From assembly GCF_030539555.1 (NCBI RefSeq), contig NZ_JAUNXX010000005.1, positions 283 to 64,282 of the forward strand: 64,000 nucleotides of DNA, read 5' to 3'. The notes below the pieces were generated by a model that saw only the letters and a list, made by a program, of their open reading frames with translations, was not told the DNA's origin and did no database searches. This document shows, one piece after another, positions 46,635 to 56,606 of the stretch (its first letter is position 1; every line of letters begins with the position of its first letter). Origin of the DNA: Methanobrevibacter sp. (GTDB lineage: Archaea > Methanobacteriota > Methanobacteria > Methanobacteriales > Methanobacteriaceae). Both the position numbers and the translations under genes were made by a program.

Positions 46635-46695
46635 ATCAAAACCTTTAATAATTTATTTATACCATCTTGGTTATAAATTTAAATGGTGATAAGAA

Positions 46696-46884
46696 ATGCC
46701 AGTAGTAACAATCGGCGGAAATGACGGAATCAGTGTTGAGAAAAAAAGAGAAATGGTAAAAAAAGTATCTGAAGTCGTTGCGGATGCTTATGACTTGCCA
46801 ATTGAAGCGATAACAGTTCTTGTTCAAGCTTATCCTAAAGAAAGCATTGGCGTTGCTGGGGAACTGTTGTCAGATAGAAAATAA
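46696..46884 (+). CDS. 4-oxalocrotonate tautomerase family protein.
   Basis: 62 aa. Catalytic Pro directly after Met (MPVVTI...), with the EKKREMVKKVSEVVADAY..P pattern. SD GGTGAT lies upstream. Confidence 0.8.
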   Translation: MPVVTIGGNDGISVEKKREMVKKVSEVVADAYDLPIEAITVLVQAYPKESIGVAGELLSDRK

Positions 46885-47008
46885 GTTATTTTAAATTGAG
46901 AAGGGAGCTTTGAGGACAAAACTCCCTATTATACAGACTAAAAAATGTGTCAAAATACATTTCAACACAATCTAATATTATTATTACAACCTATTTAAAA
47001 ATTTTGAT

Positions 47009-47965
47009 TCAGACTTTTCTATAATGGTCGTCATCAAATTTTTCAACAAGATTCAATTCTATGAGTTCATCCAAATATTTCCTTATTTTTCTCTCGAAGT
47101 TTTTGCTTTTGTATCTGGCAAGTGATTTTTCAAGTTGTGAAAATGTGAACTCACCGCTTATGCTGTCATAGATTATTTTCTGCCATGGAGTCAGGTTGAA
47201 GATTATCTGCTTCACTGCGACGTCGCTTGCTTTTTCATCTTGCGAAATGTTTTCAAAATTCCATTTCTCGTCACTGACTTTGATGTTGAAGTCCCTTTCG
47301 ATTTCATCTATGGACTCGGACAGGCTGTTGAGATGGGGGTGGTTTGCAAGTGCGAACTTGTTTTTGTAAATTTTCAGGAGAAATTCCCTTCGGGACTTTT
47401 CAATATTTTGGCGGGCAGTTTCGAAACTGTCGAATGACCCTATCACCCAGACCTTATCATCAATCACCTCTGAGATTTTGTAGGTGTCTGTTTCATCATC
47501 GAATGCTATCTGAGGAAATGTGTTTACATCCCAACTGTTTTCGAGAAGAAAATTTCGAATGAAAGTCGCATCTTCAAGATTGTCGCTGACAGCGAATATA
47601 TAAGAGTCTCCTGCAATCTGCTTTTTGACCATGAAGATTTCAAATACCCTTGAAATGTTGAGGCCATACTTTGATTTATTAGGATTTCTGATGATTTTTT
47701 TGGCAAGTTTTTCAAGTTCCTTATCGTTTGGTCTGGTGTTAAATTTACCTAATATGTGCAATTTTTCATCGATTTTTGCAACTGCCACGTATTTGTCCTG
47801 GGAGAGGTGCGTTTCAAGTGTAAAATTATCCGGATTCCAATTTTTACCTTCAAGCAAATCCCTTGCAAAAATTGCATCTTCAATCGATGAGAACCTGCCG
47901 TAAACCCTTGAATTTTTTATAATCTTATATGACTTTTTATCCCTGCGGATGTATTTTTCTTTCAT
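47009..47965 (-). CDS. Hypothetical DNA-binding-like protein: internally duplicated AP2-like modules plus a C-terminal winged-helix-like region.
   Basis: YKIIKNSRVYGRFSSIEDAIFARDLLEGKNW and FMVKKQIAGDSYIFAVSDNLEDATFIRNFLLENSWD form a repeat pair. YVAVAKIDEKLHILGKFNT and YKISEVIDDKVWVIGSFDSFETAR form a second pair. The C-terminus is FSQLEKSLARY...IRKYLDELIELNLVEK. Domain assignments were made by eye only. Confidence 0.5.
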   Translation of the reverse strand: MKEKYIRRDKKSYKIIKNSRVYGRFSSIEDAIFARDLLEGKNWNPDNFTLETHLSQDKYVAVAKIDEKLHILGKFNTRPNDKELEKLAKKIIRNPNKSKYGLNISRVFEIFMVKKQIAGDSYIFAVSDNLEDATFIRNFLLENSWDVNTFPQIAFDDETDTYKISEVIDDKVWVIGSFDSFETARQNIEKSRREFLLKIYKNKFALANHPHLNSLSESIDEIERDFNIKVSDEKWNFENISQDEKASDVAVKQIIFNLTPWQKIIYDSISGEFTFSQLEKSLARYKSKNFERKIRKYLDELIELNLVEKFDDDHYRKV

Positions 47966-47989
47966 TGAGAATAATATGTTCTTTGGAAA

Positions 47990-49114
47990 CTATAATCTTT
48001 TAGTTGGCTTTTTAATGCTGACGATTTCAATGTCTTCCCCAAGCCAGCCGTCGAGGTCGATTGTGTTTTTTGATGATGTGTCAAAATATGAGTCTATTAG
48101 ATTTTCCAGTTTTTCCGTGTTGTTTTTTCCGGGCACTTTCATGAACCGGTCGTACTGTCTTGAGGTTAGGCGGAAATTCAGTCTCTTGTTTTTGTACTCA
48201 AAGTCATGGATCTGATTCTCATAGATGTCAAAGAGCTCATAAAAGATTTTTTCGAATCGTTCATCCGAAGGCATGTTTTCGGCTGCGAATTCCATATCTC
48301 TCCTGCGAACTATATCCTCTATTGAGGATTCCTTGATGTGCCTGTTTTTGGAAAGCTCACTTAAATCATATGATACATATCTTGAAAATATTTTTGCAAA
48401 ACTCAACGCTTCCAGGTCACTTAGGTCATTGTCTTTTGCATAACAATATCCGAAAGCCTGCCAGTGGGATCTGTTTTCCTTTGTGAATTTGATGTCTATG
48501 TTATTCTGTCTTAAAACATAATTCAGGTCGCTTCGCTTTACTGTGGAATCTATGATGTAGTAGTCGACCAGACGGTCTGTGTCGATATATGGTGGGTAGT
48601 CATTCACGACCGGAAGGGTGACCTTTGAGTTGACGTATTCTATGAAGCTTATTTGATTTCTGAATTCTCTCAGCCCCTCGAAGTAATGTCTGAAAAGTGT
48701 CTTCCCGTCACTGTCATCATGAATCTTTATATCTTCAATGTTTAAAAACAAATGGTATATCAGAGGAAATTCATCACTCCAGAATTTCAAAATCAGCCTT
48801 TTGAATGATTTGTACAGTTCCGATTCGCTGTCGAAAATGTCAATGTCGAAAATCATTTTTCTCAGGTCAAGTTCCATGAATTCATATTCGCTTTCATCCG
48901 CATCTATCTTTGAGACTGTCTCCTTGAGTGAAATTTTTATGAGTCTGTCAGCCATCATTTCCTTTGTAATGGAGAGTGCCTCTTCAAGTGTAATGTGGCC
49001 TGAGACATCCATTTCATCTGTAAATCCCCCATCACCTATGGTGAAAATGAATTTTGTTCTCTTCTCGGATGTCTTTTTTAGAATGTATTGGGTAAGGTTT
49101 CTTATTTCCAGCAT
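47990..49114 (-). CDS. Hypothetical protein, 374 aa, with a possible C-terminal ribbon-helix-helix-like segment.
   Basis: Clean ORF with SD-like GAGTGA upstream. It lies 24 nt upstream of 47009-47965 on the same strand. C-terminal KRLNFRLTSRQYDRFMKVPGKNNTEKLENLIDSYF resembles an RHH strand-helix-helix. I recognised no catalytic motif. Confidence 0.5.
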   Translation of the reverse strand: MLEIRNLTQYILKKTSEKRTKFIFTIGDGGFTDEMDVSGHITLEEALSITKEMMADRLIKISLKETVSKIDADESEYEFMELDLRKMIFDIDIFDSESELYKSFKRLILKFWSDEFPLIYHLFLNIEDIKIHDDSDGKTLFRHYFEGLREFRNQISFIEYVNSKVTLPVVNDYPPYIDTDRLVDYYIIDSTVKRSDLNYVLRQNNIDIKFTKENRSHWQAFGYCYAKDNDLSDLEALSFAKIFSRYVSYDLSELSKNRHIKESSIEDIVRRRDMEFAAENMPSDERFEKIFYELFDIYENQIHDFEYKNKRLNFRLTSRQYDRFMKVPGKNNTEKLENLIDSYFDTSSKNTIDLDGWLGEDIEIVSIKKPTKRL

Positions 49115-49356
49115 AAAAATTCACTCTATTTTTTAGTGTAATACATCATGTAATACATAAATTATAGAATATAATATAAAAACTTTTCGTTACTTGAAAA
49201 AAATTTTCTTCCAATAACTCTGTGAAAAAACCGCATTCAATGCAATGTCTGAAATCGTATCCCTTATGCAGAAATCCATATCATGGATGAGGATTTCCTT
49301 TCATTTAATTGAAATGGTGATTGATTAAAATGATAGTGTTTGAAAAGAGGTGATGG

Positions 49357-49369
49357 ATTTCAAGTGTAA
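49357..49369 (-). repeat. Inverted copy of the mini-ORB-like box.
   Basis: + strand ATTTCAAGTGTAA is the rc of TTACACTTGAAAT. The extended match GATTTTACACTTGAAATCCA compares with ...AGTTACACTTGAAATGCA at 41.98 kb. Confidence 0.5.
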
Positions 49370-49653
49370 AATCAATTAAATGATAGTGAAAATGTTTTTG
49401 AAACTTGAATCAGTGATGCAGAGTACATGAAAACGAAAAAAATGAATAACTTGTAAAACCAAGATTTTCCTAAAATGCCCACACAGGAATATCGTTTACT
49501 TCAAAATGAAGGATTTCACCCAAATTTCATGAAACAAAACTGAAAACCGCATTTACTCGAAAATATTTTCAGTATAGAAAAAGAGGTATATAGCTTTGAT
49601 TTTATAAATTTTGATGATTAAAAAAAAGAATGAAAAAATAGGGAAGATTAACC

Positions 49654-51609
49654 CTATTTTTCAAGATAAGTTTCCATTGTAACCTTATCTTTGATGTAGG
49701 TTGCCTGATAGACAAGCCTTTTACCTACAGGAAGGTCTTTATAGTACTCATTGCTGATTACAACCCTTGCAACACCAAGACTGTTGGTTTTTACCTTGAA
49801 GTATTTGTAGTTGAATTTGAATGTGATCAGCTTGTTTTTAAGCGGAACCTTACCGTACTTGAGTGCCGCCATCAGCACAAAGCTCTTGGCGGATTTTTTA
49901 ACTGTCACCTGTTTAACCTTAAGCATACTTACAACTTCAACATGCTTGTGTATAGCTATCTTTCCGTATTGTGCGGTCAGCAAGTACTCCCCAGGCAATT
50001 TTGCCATTTTAAACATTGCAATACCCAAAGCATTAGTTTTGGCGGTTGCAACTTTTTTATGATTCACCTTGAAAACCACATTGGCATTTTTAATAGGTTT
50101 TCCATTGACTCCAACAACCTTCGCCTTGAAAGCACCATTCATATATGGAATGGACTTAGGAGCGACAATCACCTTAGGATTATTTCCGTGTGCAACGGTT
50201 ACAGTGGTCTCGCCCAACTTCCAAATTTGACCTGTAGCGTTGCAGCGGAAGATAAGTTTGTGCTTGCCTGAAGTTATTTTTGACAGGGACACTGTAGCGA
50301 TTCCGTTTTTGAAAGATGCCTTATAAGTATTCACCTCATCATCGCTGACTTTAACATATATTGTGCCTTTAAAGTCTTTTGATGCCTTGAATGAAACAGT
50401 GTTTTTGCCGAACAGCACCATTTTGGAAACAGAAATCAACTTAGGATAGACATATAGAGATGTTTTGTGACTATCTATATCATAACCGTCATCAGAAAGA
50501 TATTTAATTAAAATACTGTGTTTGCCAACGGTTAAATTGCTAGGTACTTTGATTTTAGCTGAACCGTTTACCATTTTCTTAGTATAGATTTTACCGTCGA
50601 TTGACACTTCCAGAGTTCCATTTGCATCATTAGGCAATTTCAATCCATAATACCTGTTGTTGTTTCCGTAAACTGCATTATCATAGAAATTGATTATATC
50701 ATTGTTTTTATAGGCATTAAAAGCACCGAAAACTTCGATTGTCCTGTTCAATTTTATTACGGAATAATCGCTGCCGTTGTAGTATGCATAAATCTGATGT
50801 TTTCCAATAGGCAATTTATCTAGATTCACTGTTGCTATTCCATTAGACTGTTTAACTGTTTTGTATACCTTACCGTCAACTTTGACAACCATACTGCCTT
50901 TGGCATTTTTAGGAATTTTTAATTGGACATTATCCTGACCCCTGCCATATTCCACTTTTCCACTTGAGGTGCCCCAAATATCTGAAACACCATTATGTTC
51001 ATAGAATATTGCCGGCTTGATTGTGAATGTTTTAGTTATGTTGCGCGGATAATAATATTCATTACCCTTTAATACAATCAATATTTTATGAGTTCCAACG
51101 GCAAGATATCCATTGTAACCCCCATAGCCCTCGATACCGTGTTCACGCATATCCATGAAGGAAGCTTTTTTACCATCAACAAAAAATTCAACATCAATAG
51201 TGAAATCCGAATCAAAAATAAAACTAAAGTAATGTCCATAATAATTATCCTCAACCTCAAAATAATATGAAGGCACTTTTTTTCCCAGCACATCCTCTGG
51301 GGAACTGGAAAGGTTGTCATCCCTAGCACTTGAAAGCAATGGTGATTTTTCAACTTCGACACTTCCATCATTGGAATCATTATCATCATTAACCACGTTC
51401 ACGTCACTGGAAAGTGCCGCATCCTGATTATTTGCATCACCGATGACTTCATCAATCGAATCATCAGCGATTACATCTTCGTTTTCAACTGCAAGAATTG
51501 AATCCTGCACGTTTTCACTGGCCGTGAGATTATCTGACGCGCTGACAGCGCCAATTGTCAGAATGGCCAGCAGCAATAAACTAACCAAAATAAGTTTCTT
51601 TAACTTCAT
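49654..51609 (-). CDS. Adhesin-like protein with Ig-like domains and a Lys-rich C-terminal module.
   Basis: Signal peptide KLKKLILVSLLLLAILTIGAVSASDN, an acidic linker, then repeated Ig-like units. The track start (51621) is a TTG. The ATG at 51609, preceded by GGGGAT, is preferred. Confidence 0.85.
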   Translation of the reverse strand: MKLKKLILVSLLLLAILTIGAVSASDNLTASENVQDSILAVENEDVIADDSIDEVIGDANNQDAALSSDVNVVNDDNDSNDGSVEVEKSPLLSSARDDNLSSSPEDVLGKKVPSYYFEVEDNYYGHYFSFIFDSDFTIDVEFFVDGKKASFMDMREHGIEGYGGYNGYLAVGTHKILIVLKGNEYYYPRNITKTFTIKPAIFYEHNGVSDIWGTSSGKVEYGRGQDNVQLKIPKNAKGSMVVKVDGKVYKTVKQSNGIATVNLDKLPIGKHQIYAYYNGSDYSVIKLNRTIEVFGAFNAYKNNDIINFYDNAVYGNNNRYYGLKLPNDANGTLEVSIDGKIYTKKMVNGSAKIKVPSNLTVGKHSILIKYLSDDGYDIDSHKTSLYVYPKLISVSKMVLFGKNTVSFKASKDFKGTIYVKVSDDEVNTYKASFKNGIATVSLSKITSGKHKLIFRCNATGQIWKLGETTVTVAHGNNPKVIVAPKSIPYMNGAFKAKVVGVNGKPIKNANVVFKVNHKKVATAKTNALGIAMFKMAKLPGEYLLTAQYGKIAIHKHVEVVSMLKVKQVTVKKSAKSFVLMAALKYGKVPLKNKLITFKFNYKYFKVKTNSLGVARVVISNEYYKDLPVGKRLVYQATYIKDKVTMETYLEK

Positions 51610-51768
51610 TTTAATCCCCAAATCTATTCAGTTTAAATACAAATACTATATATGAAATACATTACATATAAAGCTATTATTTTTAATTTGAAGAGCTGAA
51701 AATAGGTATTTTAACTAAAAAAATAGAAAATAATTAAAAAAAAGAATAAGAAATAGAGAAATTAATCT

Positions 51769-54700
51769 CTATCTTCTAACAATTGCCACTTTCTTGAGTG
51801 TGTCTTTTATGTATGTTGCCTGACAGATTATCTTCTTGCCGACTGCAAGCTTGTAGAAAAATGCTTTTTTAACAGCAACCTGTGCAATTCCTTTAGCGTT
51901 TGTTTTTGCCTTGAAGGTTTTGCCGTTGAACTTAAAGATTACTACTTTGTTTTTGATTGGAGTTTTACCTTTCTTGAGTGTTGCTTTTAAAAATGCATAG
52001 TTGGCGGATTTTTTGACTATTGTGTTAGCCAGACTCAGTACACGTTTTACCGTAACGGTTTTTGTTTGTGAAACTTTGCCGTATGTTGCGGTCACTTTGT
52101 ATTTTTTAGGAAGGTTTGTCAGTTTGAACACTGCAATGCCTTTGGCATTGGTCTTGACTGTTTTTACCTTTTTGCCGTTGACCTTGAATATTACTGCAGC
52201 ATTTTTGAGAACCTTACCGTCAACACCTTTAAGGGTTGCCTTGAATGAGGCTTCACCGTAGTAGAGGCTTGTTGATGCCAATGTCAATTTAGGGTTTTTT
52301 GCCTCTGCGACGTTGATTACGAACTTGCCGTAATCATAATAAAGGTCATCATTTGTGAAGTACACCCTGATGGTGTGTTTTCCTGCGGTCAGTTTTGACA
52401 GGGAATATGCGGCTTTTCCGTTTTTGAGATTGACATAATATGAATCATCACCAAATTCAACTTCCATCTGACCTTCCACACCGCTATTTGATATGAGGGT
52501 TACAGGATTGTTTGCGAATACGACCATTTTATCTGAAATTGACAGTTTAGGATAGGTAGATATGCCCTCACTGATGGAATTGACAGAATATCCGTACTCG
52601 TCATTGTCCACATATTGGGCGTAAAGTTCGAATAATCCCACTTTCAGATTGGAGTAGGTGATTTTGGCAGATCCGTTTGATATGCGGACCTCCTTATCAA
52701 CTCCGTTGAAGCTTGTTTTTAATGTACCGTTTGCATCACTCGGCAGATTCAGTGTTACGGTCAGTGAATCGCCATAAATGAACTCATTTGAATTTATTAC
52801 AATTCCGCCGACAATTGATATTTCCCCACTCTTGTTTTCCACTTCATAATCTGCACCGTCATAGTAAGTTTTGATGTTGTGATAGCCTAAGGAAAGATTT
52901 GCAAATGAAACATTTGCCTGTCCGTTTGCAATAGGAACTTTGGCATAGTTTTTATCGTCGATTTCAACAACCAGATTTCCCTTTGCATCTTTAGGAAGTA
53001 AAAGTTTGACAACACTGCCCTCATCTCTGTAATAGTTATCATAAGTGTAATCGATGTGAGGATATACTGTGAATGTTGTGTTTACCTTAAGCGGGGAGTA
53101 CTTGGCATTTCCCTTGAAGTCTACTGCGATATCATGGGTTCCCGCAAATTCGGATATGTCTACAACAACCTGGGTTTCCTCATAGTCCTCGATTTCGTAT
53201 TTGGTGAATTTGACCCCGTCAATGAGGATATCGAAACCTGATTTTATGCCGTAAGGACATACTATGGTAACAGTATTTTCATCACCGAAACTGTACTCGA
53301 TATCAGATAAACGGAAAGCGAAAGTGAAATTCATGGCGAATTTGTATGATTCTGTGAACTTGGAGTATTTGCTGTCACCTAAAAATGATACTTTTAAAGT
53401 ATGGCTTTTGGAAACATCGCATTTGCTTAAGTCCACTACGTAAACGTGACCGTATTCATCATAGTCATCATCAACATAATCGATTTCATCCAATAGCTTG
53501 CCGTCGATGTAGAATTTTAAAGTGCCGGCTGCATCAGCAGGCAATCTTACATATGCCCTGTCATCCTGATTGATTATGACTGTTTGAGGAACTGTTATTA
53601 TGTGTTCCACAATCTCGAATGTTACGTTGCATTGTGCCGGTTTGAAGTAGTCGTCACCTTCATAGATTACTGAAATAGTGTGATTTCCAATTTCAAGGCC
53701 TTCAGTTGAAAGAACTGTTTCTTCACGGTAAATGCAGGTATTTTTCAAATCACCGTCAAGGTAAACGAAGACGATACCTGTGGCTTGCTCACTATCCGGA
53801 ACATTGACTGGTATAGTTGATCCTATTGCCACTTTGTCCGGAACGTAAATGCTGAAGTTCATTGAAGGATTTTCACTGATTACGTATAAGTTATTGTACC
53901 ATGAAATTCCACCCTCTATTCCGAAATTCAGGTAATGGCCATCAGCAGATATGTTATTTACAGGAACGGAAACTTTACCGTCAGAGCCCAATGCACCTTC
54001 AAATATACGTTCACCATCCAATTCGATAAAGACAGTTTCACCAGCATAACCGGTTGGAAACTCGAGGGTGACATTGTTGAAATCTTCAACCCATACTTTT
54101 TTGTCTACGTTTATTTTAGGGCCGATTCTGAAAGAGTAACCTTCATAATATCCACTAGGTGATGCGAAAATCCAATATGAGTCGCCTAACCCGTAGTCGC
54201 CTTCAAGGTAATATTTGGTCCTTTCGCCAGTACATGTAACATTTTTCTCAAGAATCATTTCAGTCCCATCCCAACTTTCACAAATCCTTAGATTGACCAC
54301 TCCGCCGTCATAGTAGTTAACAGTGACATATGGATTTTCGTTGAAAGCAACATAATCCGGAATCTGCACGTCAGCACCAACATCAAAGATTTTTGTAATT
54401 GTTTTTGCCTTATATTTGTTGTTTCCTTCATAGCTAACTGTTACGTTGAGTTGAGGTGCCCTCACGGAAGGAATCCTGAAGTAAAATTCGTTGTCATCAT
54501 CGAAATAATATTGCATGAATTTCTCACCGTTAATGAATACCACTGCATTTCCGCTCACATCACTTGGAAAAGTAACTTCAAAATCAGCGGATTTTCCGTA
54601 GACAATTATATCATCAGTTTCAAGATAAAGGGTTATGCTTGCGCTATAGTCATTTATATTGTAAGATTTTGAAAATGATTGTGTCTTGCCGTCATTTGAA

Positions 54701-55104
54701 GTGAAATCGACTTTCAAAGTGTGTTTTCCGATTGTATTGAATTTGAAAGATTTGTTTGTTATACCTCCACCATAAATATCCTCAGAATCATAGTCATCAC
54801 CGTCCCTATAGACAGTTATTTCACCTGAAGTTCCGTTTGGAGCATATACTGAAAACTTATAATACTCCATTGCCTTTACACTGTCCGGAAACACCACATC
54901 AAATTTTGTTATGTCGTTTCCAACTTCATCTTCACCGACAATCTCCTGTACGGAATCATCAGCGATTAAATCATTGTCTTCAACTGCAAGAACTGAATCT
55001 TGCGCGTCTTCTGTTGCTGTCAGGTTGTCTGAAGCGCTGACAGCCCCCAATGTTAGAATAGCCAGCAGGATTATGCTGACTAAAATAAATCTGTTAAATT
55101 TCAA
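51769..55104 (-). CDS. Adhesin-like protein (about 1,111 aa) with many Ig-like domains and a Lys-rich C-terminal module.
   Basis: The N-terminus is paralogous to the 49654 gene. The position equivalent to that gene's ATG is a TTG at 55104, preceded by the same GGGGATTAAA. The track start is another TTG at 55116. Confidence 0.8.
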   Translation of the reverse strand: MKFNRFILVSIILLAILTLGAVSASDNLTATEDAQDSVLAVEDNDLIADDSVQEIVGEDEVGNDITKFDVVFPDSVKAMEYYKFSVYAPNGTSGEITVYRDGDDYDSEDIYGGGITNKSFKFNTIGKHTLKVDFTSNDGKTQSFSKSYNINDYSASITLYLETDDIIVYGKSADFEVTFPSDVSGNAVVFINGEKFMQYYFDDDNEFYFRIPSVRAPQLNVTVSYEGNNKYKAKTITKIFDVGADVQIPDYVAFNENPYVTVNYYDGGVVNLRICESWDGTEMILEKNVTCTGERTKYYLEGDYGLGDSYWIFASPSGYYEGYSFRIGPKINVDKKVWVEDFNNVTLEFPTGYAGETVFIELDGERIFEGALGSDGKVSVPVNNISADGHYLNFGIEGGISWYNNLYVISENPSMNFSIYVPDKVAIGSTIPVNVPDSEQATGIVFVYLDGDLKNTCIYREETVLSTEGLEIGNHTISVIYEGDDYFKPAQCNVTFEIVEHIITVPQTVIINQDDRAYVRLPADAAGTLKFYIDGKLLDEIDYVDDDYDEYGHVYVVDLSKCDVSKSHTLKVSFLGDSKYSKFTESYKFAMNFTFAFRLSDIEYSFGDENTVTIVCPYGIKSGFDILIDGVKFTKYEIEDYEETQVVVDISEFAGTHDIAVDFKGNAKYSPLKVNTTFTVYPHIDYTYDNYYRDEGSVVKLLLPKDAKGNLVVEIDDKNYAKVPIANGQANVSFANLSLGYHNIKTYYDGADYEVENKSGEISIVGGIVINSNEFIYGDSLTVTLNLPSDANGTLKTSFNGVDKEVRISNGSAKITYSNLKVGLFELYAQYVDNDEYGYSVNSISEGISTYPKLSISDKMVVFANNPVTLISNSGVEGQMEVEFGDDSYYVNLKNGKAAYSLSKLTAGKHTIRVYFTNDDLYYDYGKFVINVAEAKNPKLTLASTSLYYGEASFKATLKGVDGKVLKNAAVIFKVNGKKVKTVKTNAKGIAVFKLTNLPKKYKVTATYGKVSQTKTVTVKRVLSLANTIVKKSANYAFLKATLKKGKTPIKNKVVIFKFNGKTFKAKTNAKGIAQVAVKKAFFYKLAVGKKIICQATYIKDTLKKVAIVRR

Positions 55105-55313
55105 TTTAATCCCCAAATTAATTTAATCAATATTCAAGTTGAATACAATTAGTATATCTGAAAAACATGACATATATAATTTATTTAAATGATATTCGGA
55201 ATTTTTAGAATCCGAAAAATAAGATTGAGCGATTTAACTTAAAAATTGAACAATGATTAGAAAATCTATGAAAAATTAAAAAAAAGAGAGAAAATATGAA
55301 CCTGAATCCAAGT

Positions 55314-56495
55314 TCATAATTTTTTGGCCTGACCATTGGTTATGATTCCAGTGTATCTGGCAACACCCTTGGCCAATGCCGGAATCTTCAATATTGAAGT
55401 TGCAGATCCCTGACAGTAAGCATTCAAAACAGAAATAACAACCTTGTGATAACCGGTTGAGAACTGATTGGACTCGATTGCGGCAACACCATTTGACTTG
55501 TAAATCTTGCCGTCATATCCTGTAACAAGAACATACCTTTTAACTGCAGAACCCGTATAAATGCTGAGTGACAGTTTTATACCATTGAGCATCTTTTTGG
55601 TTGCCTTGTCAGCCACCTTGATGTGAACTGCACCGAATTTACTGCCGTATATCCTTTTGGCCGTAATCAGCAAAGGCTTTTTGTTGATTTTGACATAGGA
55701 TGTCTTTGCGCTGGCCTTATAGTTTGAACCTGCACTGGACACCACAATCTTGTGGGTTCCTATGGACAATTTGGATGCAGACAATTTGGCATATCCGTTT
55801 GATTTTGTGGTAATGTATGCAACATTATACTTGCTGCCTGTGTAGATTACAACCTTAATTTTGACTCCCTCAACGGCACTTCCTGAGCTGTCAACGGCAC
55901 GAACTTTGAATGTCTTTCCTGATGCATAGGTGGTTGTCAGCTTGGTTGGTATCAGATTTATTGTTTTTGCAGTGTTTCCACCACCTTTAATGGTAACGTG
56001 AACTTTTTTTGAAGCTTCATATGGAGAATCGGTTGAAAATACAGCCGTATATTTCCCCTTGGCCAGATTTTTAATTGTTAATGTTGCCTTACCACCAGCA
56101 TCTGTTTTTGCACTGAATGTCTTACCCGCAATGGCCAATTTAACAATTGTTCCAGAAATCGGATTTCCATCCCCGTCAACGAGCTGGGCAGTCATGAGGG
56201 CATTTGTTCCATAATTGAATGTCTTGTCATTTGCAATTATGCTGGCCTGATTTTCACCGTCTGAAACCTTGTCTTCATTTTCAACAGCGCCAGTAGTGGT
56301 GGAATCCTCCTCATTTGCCAAGATAGCTTCATCCCCTGACGCGTAAATTTCATTATCTTGTGAAATAACCATGTTTTCATCATCACTTAAGGTCACTTCA
56401 TCTGTTTCGTTGACGTCAGCTGCGCTTACGCCAGCTATTGCAGTGACAGACACCAGAAGCAACAATAAAATGAAAAAATATTTCTTGTTGAACAT
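55314..56495 (-). CDS. Small secreted adhesin-like protein: signal peptide, acidic linker, then Lys-rich Ig-like modules only.
   Basis: MFNKKYFFILLLLLVSVTAIAGVSAADVN, followed by units such as GTIVKLAIAGKTFSAKTDAGGKATLTIKNLAKGKY. SD AAGGAG lies upstream. Confidence 0.85.
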   Translation of the reverse strand: MFNKKYFFILLLLLVSVTAIAGVSAADVNETDEVTLSDDENMVISQDNEIYASGDEAILANEEDSTTTGAVENEDKVSDGENQASIIANDKTFNYGTNALMTAQLVDGDGNPISGTIVKLAIAGKTFSAKTDAGGKATLTIKNLAKGKYTAVFSTDSPYEASKKVHVTIKGGGNTAKTINLIPTKLTTTYASGKTFKVRAVDSSGSAVEGVKIKVVIYTGSKYNVAYITTKSNGYAKLSASKLSIGTHKIVVSSAGSNYKASAKTSYVKINKKPLLITAKRIYGSKFGAVHIKVADKATKKMLNGIKLSLSIYTGSAVKRYVLVTGYDGKIYKSNGVAAIESNQFSTGYHKVVISVLNAYCQGSATSILKIPALAKGVARYTGIITNGQAKKL

Positions 56496-56573
56496 AATAA
56501 AAAAACTCCTTGATTGGTTAATATTATGTTGCCAAGCAATGATAAGTCAATGAAAGAAAATACTTTCGTTGAG

Positions 56574-56591
56574 AAAAAAAAGAAAAAGAAA
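56574..56591 (-). terminator. Oligo-T terminator (minus strand) after gene 56607-57581.
   Basis: A8 on the + strand (56574-56581) followed by GAAAAAGAAAA; on the minus strand this is a T-rich run immediately after the stop. Confidence 0.45.
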
Positions 56592-56606
56592 AGATGTTTT
56601 AAACAT

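Noticed and set aside
46903-46926. GGGAG-N14-CTCCC inverted repeat between the convergent genes 46696-46884 and 47009-47965.
   Set aside because: The 5-bp stem is too weak to call a structured terminator, and archaeal termination is mainly oligo-T driven.
41980-49369. A 7.4-kb mobile element bounded by the inverted TTACACTTGAAAT boxes and containing an Rpn 'transposase-like' gene.
   Set aside because: The interval carries ordinary metabolic genes (TPP enzyme, dUTPase-like, tautomerase). One end has four direct copies and the other a single copy. I could find no target-site duplication or integrase.
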